From a virus (taxonomy: Duplodnaviria > Caudoviricetes): a stretch of DNA of 30,155 nucleotides. Positions 18,335-24,566 of this stretch are shown one piece after another. The position numbers and the translations under genes are program-made. How positions within the stretch are numbered: position 1 is the stretch's first letter; every line of letters starts with the position of its first letter. Below the pieces are notes generated by a model that saw nothing but the letters and a program-made list of their open reading frames with translations, was not told the origin of the DNA and did not search any database. The DNA lies in IMG/VR virus record IMGVR_UViG_3300012665_000215, positions 1 to 30,155 of that record. One strand, 5' to 3'.

Positions 18335-19158
18335 TTTTTATTTTTTGGGTCTAAGATACATGGAGCAGTATTATTCCATTTAATAGAATGATGTAGTCTT
18401 GTATGGTTAGTGTTCATCATTGAAACCTTAACTCCACTTGGGTGCATAAGCACCGAGTGAAATGATTTTACATAAGTTCCGCTTAAAGCGTATTCGTCCG
18501 TCATACCTCCTTTATTGCTTTGCGTATCCTTTTGGTCTAATTGGATATTTGTAAACGTAAAGAATATGTCTCCTCTATTTCCTAGAGTCGTATAAGTATT
18601 AACGTCTTCATTAATCGAGCCTACAAATTGAAATTCTCTATCGGTAGAGCAAATAAAAGAATTCATACACTTACGCTTTAACTTAATTCCGCTAAATCCT
18701 CCGATATGGTCTCCTCCTTGTGAGAATGCAATCGACTTAATATTTACGCTCTTGTAAAAATCTAGCATTTTTTCAAATACTACATCTAGATTAGTGATTA
18801 TTTTAGCTCCGGTTTCGTAACGGTATCCAAAATAATAATAATCGTCATCTAATTGCATAAAGTATTTAACTGCTATTTCTTTCGCTATTTTAAAGCAAGC
18901 GTTACGAGCGTGAATGATAACTTTACGATTATCAAAGTTATTGCCTTCGTCTACCGAATCCGCCATAGCTTTTTTATCAAAGACTTTTACGTTTTCTTCT
19001 CCGTAATTTGCTACGTATTTATTTATCGTTTTGTCTTCGTTATCGACAATGAAATAAATTTTACCCGTATAACCGCATTTTTTTAGAGTCGAATAAGTCT
19101 TAACGTTATCCGGTCTTCCGTGAGTTAGTATAAATACCGCAAAATTATTATTCTCCAT
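18331..19158 (-). CDS. GT-A fold glycosyltransferase (TET-associated/GREB1-like type)
   Basis: VFILTHGRP, ARN, FMQLDDD (DxD), KCMNSF, INEDV and QSNKGG motifs. Confidence 0.78.
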   Translation of the reverse strand: MENNNFAVFILTHGRPDNVKTYSTLKKCGYTGKIYFIVDNEDKTINKYVANYGEENVKVFDKKAMADSVDEGNNFDNRKVIIHARNACFKIAKEIAVKYFMQLDDDYYYFGYRYETGAKIITNLDVVFEKMLDFYKSVNIKSIAFSQGGDHIGGFSGIKLKRKCMNSFICSTDREFQFVGSINEDVNTYTTLGNRGDIFFTFTNIQLDQKDTQSNKGGMTDEYALSGTYVKSFHSVLMHPSGVKVSMMNTNHTRLHHSIKWNNTAPCILDPKNKK

Positions 19159-19546
19159 ATTCTTCTAGGTATTGCTTTTTAATCTCATCGCATAATTTTA
19201 CGTATCCATATTGAATTGCTTTCTCAAAATCAATAATAACTAAACCGCTTTTCTCCATTAGGTTTTGCATCTCTTTTGATGAGTGAGCGTAATAATCGGC
19301 TATCTTTTCGTAGTTAAAAACATTGTGTCTACGAGCCGAATCCATTAAAAACATTTTCTCATCGTATGGTAGTGATGATGCTTCTATTTCTTTTAATAGC
19401 CTATGAGTTTTTGTCTTATCGCATAGCTCCATAATATGAGGCTTTATATTTTTGGGCTCATAAATTGGAGACTCTATTTTACTTGAATATTTATTTTCGC
19501 TTTTGTTGGGTGCATATTCTTGCCCAAATAGATTTGTTTGTTTCAT
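19148..19546 (-). CDS. Glycosyltransferase-associated protein
   Basis: KYSSKIESPIYEP...ARRHNVFNYEKIADYYAH...LVIIDFEKAI. Start at 19546 by TAATG coupling; overlaps the GT start. Confidence 0.65.
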   Translation of the reverse strand: MKQTNLFGQEYAPNKSENKYSSKIESPIYEPKNIKPHIMELCDKTKTHRLLKEIEASSLPYDEKMFLMDSARRHNVFNYEKIADYYAHSSKEMQNLMEKSGLVIIDFEKAIQYGYVKLCDEIKKQYLEEYGE

Positions 19547-20307
19547 TATTCGCAAGGTTTAATTTGTCCGTTTTCATCTAGGTAAGCTTTAAAATCTGCT
19601 AAGTTTTCTATAAACTCTCTGTAACATTGAGCTTTGCAAGCCATTACAAGCTCGTCTTTGTCTTGGTATTTAGCTAAATTACTTGCGTAAATCCTTTGTT
19701 TATCTTCTAAACTAGCTTCGTATATTCCAAATTTTACAATATAATCGTATAAAACGTGGAGGCCACCAGCTATCCAGTTCATTTTAATGTTGCGTTCGTG
19801 GCATCTAATCATTTCTTGAGAATACATATTAGCCGAATTTATCGCTGCCATTTTTAAATCTGCATCGCTTGGTATTTCTTTAGGGGCTTCTATTTCTTTT
19901 ACTACAGTTAAAGTAGATTGTCTTGAGTAATCAATATAAGCCTTTGCAATACGACCAAAGTATTCACAAGAAAAGTTTTCGTAGCATTTAGCATCAATTC
20001 CTAGCTTGCCAGAAACTGCCCACTCAAAGGCTAATTTTATTTCTTCTGGGGTTAAGTTTCCAAAGTTTGTTTTAATAAAATTAATAAGTACAAACTTCTC
20101 TTCTTCAGTAGGCATATTATTGCCTCTAAGCCCTACTAAAACCATTGAATAGCGCAATACTTGTTTAAGGTCTTCTTCGTGCCTTACACGCAAAGTTTGG
20201 GTACTCTGTGCTTGTAATATGATATCAGCTTCAGCGTTACCAGTTTTTAATGGCTTCCATTCTTGCTGCGCTAGTTCCGAGTTTCTGTTCGTTGTTTGTA
20301 GCTCCAT
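19546..20307 (-). CDS. Replication-associated hypothetical protein (position of a helicase loader)
   Basis: Overlaps the initiator 3' end; LTPEEIKLAFE helical motif. Function inferred from position only. Confidence 0.5.
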   Translation of the reverse strand: MELQTTNRNSELAQQEWKPLKTGNAEADIILQAQSTQTLRVRHEEDLKQVLRYSMVLVGLRGNNMPTEEEKFVLINFIKTNFGNLTPEEIKLAFEWAVSGKLGIDAKCYENFSCEYFGRIAKAYIDYSRQSTLTVVKEIEAPKEIPSDADLKMAAINSANMYSQEMIRCHERNIKMNWIAGGLHVLYDYIVKFGIYEASLEDKQRIYASNLAKYQDKDELVMACKAQCYREFIENLADFKAYLDENGQIKPCE

Positions 20308-20923
20308 TGTTTTTAAATTTAGAATTGTTGTTCATCCAAGTTTTTACTCTTCTGCTAATATCAAAAAATTTCTCGCATTCCCATCGCTCTTTACCTTTGT
20401 TATTTTTTTCTGTCCAATAGGAATAAAAATTACCATATTCGTTTTCAAGTTCTAAAATATATGGCGAAAGCATTTCGCTAAAAGATACTTTACTTTCTTT
20501 TTCTTTTATTTCATTTACTTTACTTTCCTTTACTTTACTTTGTTGAACGGTCGTTGAACGGTCGTTGGACAACCGCTTATCGGCTGATGCTTTACCCGCT
20601 AATTTGCGTTGTTCCTTCATTTTAAAGTAAGGCTCTAAGTAAACTAGCATCTTAGGAGAAAAGAATTTTTGTTCTTCATCTAAATCAAACAACTGGTAAT
20701 TACATATTGTTGTTCTAATCTTTGGCTCTGAAACACCAAATTCTTCTGCTAGTAAGTCAATATCTTCAAGAGGATACATTAGGTCTTGTTGCTCCCTTAA
20801 AGTCTCTAATAACATAAAATAAATACCGTAACCCTCTACTCCTAATTCTTTGCGCAACCTTCTAATTTTGCGGTCATGCCTTGCATTACAAAAATGCGGG
20901 AAATAAAATGCTTCTTTTTCCAT
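20237..20923 (-). CDS. Replication initiator-like protein (DUF4373/Lin1244-type N-terminus)
   Basis: MEKEAFYFPH...ARHDRKIRRLRKELGVEGYGIYFMLLE; repetitive linker; C-terminal FYSYWTEKN..GKERWE. Start moved to ATG 20923. Confidence 0.78.
   Translation of the reverse strand: MEKEAFYFPHFCNARHDRKIRRLRKELGVEGYGIYFMLLETLREQQDLMYPLEDIDLLAEEFGVSEPKIRTTICNYQLFDLDEEQKFFSPKMLVYLEPYFKMKEQRKLAGKASADKRLSNDRSTTVQQSKVKESKVNEIKEKESKVSFSEMLSPYILELENEYGNFYSYWTEKNNKGKERWECEKFFDISRRVKTWMNNNSKFKNNGATNNEQKLGTSAARMEAIKNW
20487..20574. repeat. Iteron-like repeats / putative replication origin
   Basis: gttgaacggtc x2 (20542-20563) plus degenerate gttggacaacc, next to strand-biased tactt/tacttt repeats. Confidence 0.6.
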
Positions 20924-20932
20924 TTTGAAAAT

Positions 20933-21022
20933 AAAAAAAAGCCAGTCTGCGTAGGAGTGCAAAGCTGGCTTCGGTTTTTTAACCTTTAAATAACCCAAGA
21001 ACTCCTACCCTCTTGGCTTATT
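20933..21022 (-). promoter_or_regulatory. Structured 5' leader: two hairpins with complementary loops, the second a terminator
   Basis: Loop GUAGGAGU (21001-21008) is the exact complement of loop ACUCCUAC (20951-20958). Hairpin 2 is followed by U8. Confidence 0.75.
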
Positions 21023-21027
21023 GTTTT

Positions 21028-21059
21028 GCAATTTAAAGCTAAGATTTAGATAGTGCAAA
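21028..21059 (-). promoter_or_regulatory. Bacteroidota-type promoter for the replication operon
   Basis: TTTG-N20-TAAATTGC immediately before the leader hairpins. Confidence 0.6.
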
Positions 21060-21173
21060 CTTTACACTTTCTTTTTTCTTTGAATACTTAGCCGAATAGT
21101 AAAGCTTTTTGTAGTCCTTACTTAGCTCTTTAGCTATGTGTTCTTGCCATTGATTAAACTTCTGTTTCTCCAT
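21039..21173 (-). CDS. Small basic protein (44 aa, MEKQKFNQWQEHIAKELSKDYKKLYYSAK...)
   Basis: Not in the ORF track. ATG is 1 nt after the upstream stop. Confidence 0.55.
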   Translation of the reverse strand: MEKQKFNQWQEHIAKELSKDYKKLYYSAKYSKKKESVKFALSKS

Positions 21174-21174
21174 T

Positions 21175-21363
21175 TTAGTTAGTGTTTATTAGTGCCTCTT
21201 GCACCTCTTCCCAGTAATCTATGTTTTCTCCTAATGTTTCACGTACAAGTAAATCAATATGCAGTATAGCGGAGGCTATTGCTTCCTCTTTGCTTTTCTT
21301 TGTTCTTACTTGAGCATTCATAAAATGCTTAATTAGCTCGGTAGATTTTTGCTTCGGTGTCAT
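21175..21363 (-). CDS. Small hypothetical protein (MTPKEKA-like family)
   Basis: MTPKQKSTELI...AILHID...YWEEV. Confidence 0.8.
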   Translation of the reverse strand: MTPKQKSTELIKHFMNAQVRTKKSKEEAIASAILHIDLLVRETLGENIDYWEEVQEALINTN

Positions 21364-21366
21364 GGC

Positions 21367-21597
21367 TTATGAGTCTAAGTTAAATCTATCAGCTCTTGCC
21401 TCGTGGTTGCCTGTGCGCATATAAGCTAACTCCATTCGTACTTCTTGCCAGTAAGAGCAATCTAGCTCAGCATCTATCCTATTTTGAATTATCTCATATA
21501 CGCAAATCAATGCGGCCTCTCTGCTTAAATCAAAATCCATTGTAAAATCTAGCGTGTACCTTCTTATTAGCTGGTCTGCTTTTTCTTTCGGTGTCAT
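21367..21597 (-). CDS. Small hypothetical protein (MTPKEKA-like family)
   Basis: MTPKEKADQLI...ALICVYEI...YWQEV. Confidence 0.8.
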   Translation of the reverse strand: MTPKEKADQLIRRYTLDFTMDFDLSREAALICVYEIIQNRIDAELDCSYWQEVRMELAYMRTGNHEARADRFNLDS

Positions 21598-21602
21598 AGT
21601 CT

Positions 21603-21911
21603 TTATATTAAATTAGTTACATTTATAAACTTGCAAAAATCATTGTAAGTACCTACTCCAGCATTTCTTGCTTTAAAAAATTCATCTTTAGTAATATCAC
21701 ATAACATTACATCTTTAAAATTAAATTTTAAAATATTGTATAATCTTACAGATATTTCTGATAAATCTGAATAGTCCAATTCTTTAATTGTTTTTAAACT
21801 TCTATTTTTAACTTTAACTTCTGAATAATGGTTTTTTAATTGCTCTGTATATTGGTTTATGATTCTACAAGCATCTAAATATTCTTCTTCAGTTATCTTA
21901 TGATTTTTCAT
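21603..21911 (-). CDS. Protein with an RNA polymerase alpha-CTD-like C-terminus
   Basis: ISVRLYNILK...ITKDEFFKARNAGVGTYNDF resembles the alpha-CTD pattern LSVRxxNCLK...LLKxRNxGxKS. Very AT-rich. Confidence 0.6.
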   Translation of the reverse strand: MKNHKITEEEYLDACRIINQYTEQLKNHYSEVKVKNRSLKTIKELDYSDLSEISVRLYNILKFNFKDVMLCDITKDEFFKARNAGVGTYNDFCKFINVTNLI

Positions 21912-22086
21912 ATTCTTCCATTATAAGTTTAATTTCTTCCATTACTTCTGGGTAGTTTACTTTGCCATAAACCGTTTGTTGGATTATTGGTAAGCTCCAT
22001 TCCCTTGCGCTAAAGGGTTTTATCCCCTTAGCGTTTAAACGGTCAGCGCATAGCTGGTATAAATTCATTTTCTTTATACGTTCCAT
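21898..22086 (-). CDS. Small putative DNA-binding protein
   Basis: CADRLNAKGIKPFSAREWSLPIIQ resembles the IAxxLNxxG...W helix motif of the serine-recombinase recombinase domain. Confidence 0.5.
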   Translation of the reverse strand: MERIKKMNLYQLCADRLNAKGIKPFSAREWSLPIIQQTVYGKVNYPEVMEEIKLIMEEYEKS

Positions 22087-22550
22087 TACTTAATTACTTT
22101 TTTAATTGTGGTAGTTGAAGATTTAGAAGGGGGGTAAAAGTCTTGTAGCTCGCCAGTTTCTTCGTCTAGCATTTTAACTGAAGCTTTTAAAGCCTTGCAG
22201 AATGTCTCCACTTCTTTTTGCTTTTCTTTTAATCTGTCAATCTCGAACTGGATTTTGCACCAAGATTCTGTTTCTGAATAATCGTATTTTACACCGCCTT
22301 CCATCTCGCTGAAGTCAATACCATATGCAGTTGTTTTAGAGCCTTCAAACTTGCGTAAATCGCTAAACAAGTGCTCTTTGATATTCTTATCTATTTCTGA
22401 TGCTAGGTGCTGGAACTTTGCAGACTGGGCTGCTAGTTTAATTACGTTAATCGAATCAGCGTTAGACATCATTGCCTCCGCCATTTGTGTAATTTCTTTC
22501 TTGCTTAAATCTAAGATTTTGCCATCAACGGCTATTAAGTTAGTTTCCAT
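22086..22550 (-). CDS. Hypothetical protein of the recombination module
   Basis: 154 aa, coiled coil, GVKYDYS motif; follows ERF and SSB. Confidence 0.75.
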   Translation of the reverse strand: METNLIAVDGKILDLSKKEITQMAEAMMSNADSINVIKLAAQSAKFQHLASEIDKNIKEHLFSDLRKFEGSKTTAYGIDFSEMEGGVKYDYSETESWCKIQFEIDRLKEKQKEVETFCKALKASVKMLDEETGELQDFYPPSKSSTTTIKKVIK

Positions 22551-22552
22551 AA

Positions 22553-22831
22553 TTAAAAAGGTAGGTCGGTTGGAAGTTCTGGAGCGTTCTGGCGAGGCAT
22601 ATCTGAATCGTAAATAACCTTTCCATTACCAATATAAACTTTAGGTGTTTTAGCATCACGCTCCTCTTTGGTTTGTGATACCCAGATAGAGGCATTGTTG
22701 CCGTACTGGTCTGGTGTGTCGTTTAGCGATATAGTAATGTTTACCGATTCTTCGCCTGTGCGCTTGTTAGTGTAGTGAACTAAGCCTTGTAATTTAGACT
22801 TGTTGATTTGTGAGTTAATTAACTTTCCCAT
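22553..22831 (-). CDS. Single-stranded DNA-binding-like protein
   Basis: PDQYGN...SQTKEER...YIGNGK and a C-terminal DLPF tail; follows ERF. Confidence 0.7.
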   Translation of the reverse strand: MGKLINSQINKSKLQGLVHYTNKRTGEESVNITISLNDTPDQYGNNASIWVSQTKEERDAKTPKVYIGNGKVIYDSDMPRQNAPELPTDLPF

Positions 22832-22836
22832 TTTTT

Positions 22837-23358
22837 TTATTTGTTTAATTGTTGTTTACGAGTTTTGAATGCTTCTAAATCGCTTGGAGTTAGTGAGCTT
22901 TTAAATGTATTGTAAAGTAATGCTAGTTCGTCTTCGGTATGTACGTTAGGTAGCATATCTAAGCGGAACTTTGGGGCTTGTGCAACAGGCATAGAAGAGC
23001 CAGCTGCATCTGTGTCTTTGTCGGTCACTAAGCCAAGCATTGAGCTTAAAGCATAACGTCTAAAGTAAGTAACACCAGAGCCGTAACTTTGATATTCGTT
23101 CATTGCGCCTAGCTTTACAAGCGGAATAGTAGTAAAGCTTTCTAGTTGTTCTCCGCTCTCTACGTGGAAAAGAATAGTCTTAATCCCATTGTCTTGTAGT
23201 AGCTGGGTAAAGCAAAGCTTGTGCTTTTTAAGTAGCGGATTAATTACGCTAAAGATTTGAGGCAAATCTGCATACGTGTAGTTATGTCCCTTAGTATCCT
23301 TGTGGATAATAGGGCAATCGTTTTGAAAGTCGCTAAGAGCTTTTATTAAGTTTTTCAT
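22837..23358 (-). CDS. erf: ERF-family ssDNA-annealing recombinase
   Basis: YTYADL...QSYGSGVTYFRRYALSSMLGL...DTD. Confidence 0.92.
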   Translation of the reverse strand: MKNLIKALSDFQNDCPIIHKDTKGHNYTYADLPQIFSVINPLLKKHKLCFTQLLQDNGIKTILFHVESGEQLESFTTIPLVKLGAMNEYQSYGSGVTYFRRYALSSMLGLVTDKDTDAAGSSMPVAQAPKFRLDMLPNVHTEDELALLYNTFKSSLTPSDLEAFKTRKQQLNK

Positions 23359-23503
23359 TAGAGATAATGTTTACAAGTTTAGAATTAGATTTTTTTTGTT
23401 CGTGAGCTAGCAAATCTTTTGCTTGCCACAAGTCTGAATTATACGACCAAGTCATTGTATAGAATCCAGCTTTATCTTTGAACTGCGCTTTTAAGACTAG
23501 CAT
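23333..23503 (-). CDS. Small early protein (56 aa, MLVLKAQFKDKAGFYTMTWSYNSDLWQ...)
   Basis: Not in the ORF track. Overlaps both neighbours and fills the gap. Confidence 0.6.
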   Translation of the reverse strand: MLVLKAQFKDKAGFYTMTWSYNSDLWQAKDLLAHEQKKSNSKLVNIISNEKLNKSS

Positions 23504-23733
23504 AATACAACTTGGAATTCTGTTTCGTATTTAGTAAAAGTAAACTTGATAAAGCCAGTTTCTTCAAGCTTGCCTTCCGCTAATAGCGAAAGCGTTTTGG
23601 CTAATGCCGAATCGTAATATGCAAACATCGTTATGTTGTTTTGCGATATTCCAACGTGAATGCTCCAGAATTTTTTAGAGCTGATGCCAGTATCTGATAA
23701 TAGCATTTCGACTTTTTTGAATAAATCTTCCAT
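23497..23733 (-). CDS. Small early hypothetical protein
   Basis: 78-aa ORF with the TCTAAACC leader motif. Confidence 0.75.
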   Translation of the reverse strand: MEDLFKKVEMLLSDTGISSKKFWSIHVGISQNNITMFAYYDSALAKTLSLLAEGKLEETGFIKFTFTKYETEFQVVLC

Positions 23734-23737
23734 TGGT

Positions 23738-23848
23738 TTAGATGTTTTGGATAAAGTAAATAATGTAGTAGGTTAAGTAAACGACTGTAGAAATCATGAT
23801 AGCTCCAGCTATGTCGTTTTTGTCAAGATTTTTTAATGATTCTCTCAT
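23738..23848 (-). CDS. Small membrane peptide (36 aa, MRESLKNLDKNDIAGAIMISTVVYLTYYIIYFIQNI)
   Basis: Not in the ORF track. A-rich start context, one TM segment, preceded by a hairpin and AATTCTAAAC. Confidence 0.65.
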   Translation of the reverse strand: MRESLKNLDKNDIAGAIMISTVVYLTYYIIYFIQNI

Positions 23849-23867
23849 TTTATTATAGTTTAGAATT

Positions 23868-23885
23868 GCCGGGAATCCGCCCGGC
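23868..23885 (-). promoter_or_regulatory. GC-rich intergenic hairpin
   Basis: GCCGGG-CGGATT-CCCGGC with no U tract; probably a stabilising or processing hairpin. Confidence 0.6.
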
Positions 23886-23899
23886 TCGGTTTTTAATAT

Positions 23900-24073
23900 T
23901 TAAAATTTTGAAGTAATTAAGAATCCAGTTCTACCATCCGTTTCAACATTAAAGATATTCTTGTTTGAATACATAGTAGCTACATAATTTTTAGCTTCCT
24001 TAAAGGAATTAAAGAACGTATAAGTAAATTCTTCTGTGTAACTTTTAGCGTAGCCGATTGCGAAATTTGTCAT
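23900..24073 (-). CDS. Small early protein (57 aa, MTNFAIGYAKSYTEEFTYTFFNSFKEAKNYV...)
   Basis: Not in the ORF track. Directly behind promoter/leader copy 1. Confidence 0.7.
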   Translation of the reverse strand: MTNFAIGYAKSYTEEFTYTFFNSFKEAKNYVATMYSNKNIFNVETDGRTGFLITSKF

Positions 24074-24165
24074 TTTTTTGTTGGTTTAGAATAGCTCCGT
24101 TGCTATTATGAAACAAATATAGAGGATTGATTTGAAATAAAAAAATCTTTTTTAATCTTTTTTAT
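24071..24165 (-). promoter_or_regulatory. Early promoter/leader cassette, copy 1
   Basis: TATATTTG (-7 box, 24114-24121), then hairpin AATAGC-AACGGA-GCTATT, CTAAACCAAC, an A run and ATG. 24080-24109 is identical to 24373-24402. Confidence 0.8.
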
Positions 24166-24175
24166 TGAGTATATA

Positions 24176-24364
24176 TTAAAGCCACTTGCCTACAATTGGC
24201 TTACCGTAGGCTTTGTCGTATCCCTCGTTAATCAATTTATTTAATGTGATTAACGACAATGCTTTTAATTCTTTTTGTGTTTGCTTAATGCCATTTAGCT
24301 TGTTTAGCATATTTAGCTCTTTTTGTCTACTAAGCTTAGTTGCTTTTGATACGTCTATTTCCAT
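24176..24364 (-). CDS. Small basic early protein (62 aa)
   Basis: Start moved to ATG 24364 (MEIDVSKATK...), because the longer track ORF runs through the promoter. Confidence 0.7.
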   Translation of the reverse strand: MEIDVSKATKLSRQKELNMLNKLNGIKQTQKELKALSLITLNKLINEGYDKAYGKPIVGKWL

Positions 24365-24459
24365 TTTTTTGGGTTGGTTTAGAATAGCTCCGTTGCTATT
24401 ATAATTCAAAGATACAAAAAACATTTGGAATAAAAAAACTTTTTTAATCTTTTTTTTAT
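24362..24459 (-). promoter_or_regulatory. Early promoter/leader cassette, copy 2
   Basis: TATCTTTG (24407-24414), with the same hairpin and leader and the same upstream A/T tracts as copy 1. Confidence 0.8.
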
Positions 24460-24486
24460 CAAATAAGTTAATTATTTATCTAACGG

Positions 24487-24522
24487 TAACAAAAATGCCC
24501 CTAGACAATATCCAGAGGCATT
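24487..24522 (-). terminator. Intrinsic terminator (end of late transcript and of the candidate sRNA)
   Basis: AAUGCCUCUGGA-UAUUG-UCUAGGGGCAUU (12 bp, with G-U pairs that form only on the minus strand), then UUUGUU. Confidence 0.8.
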
Positions 24523-24555
24523 CAGTACACAATTCTAAACCTATTTATGAAAAAC
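24487..24555 (-). ncRNA. Candidate small antisense regulatory RNA (~68 nt)
   Basis: Begins just after TAGCTTTG. Its 5' segment GUUUUUCAUAAAUAGGUUUAGAAUUGUG is complementary to six start regions, and it ends in a terminator hairpin. Confidence 0.6.
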
Positions 24556-24558
24556 AAT

Positions 24559-24566
24559 CAAAGCTA
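24559..24566 (-). promoter_or_regulatory. TAnnTTTG -7 box overlapping the phosphoesterase stop codon
   Basis: TAGCTTTG; no clear -33 TTTG upstream. Confidence 0.5.

Noticed and set aside
20924-20998. N-terminal extension of the initiator from TTG 20998, with AGGAG as a Shine-Dalgarno
   Set aside because: Spacing is only 3 nt, Bacteroidota rarely use SD sequences, and the stretch is explained by the RNA structure.
24090-24107. ACGGA hairpin loop as a CsrA/RsmA site
   Set aside because: It matches ANGGA, but CsrA is not typical of the inferred host phylum and no homologue is encoded here.
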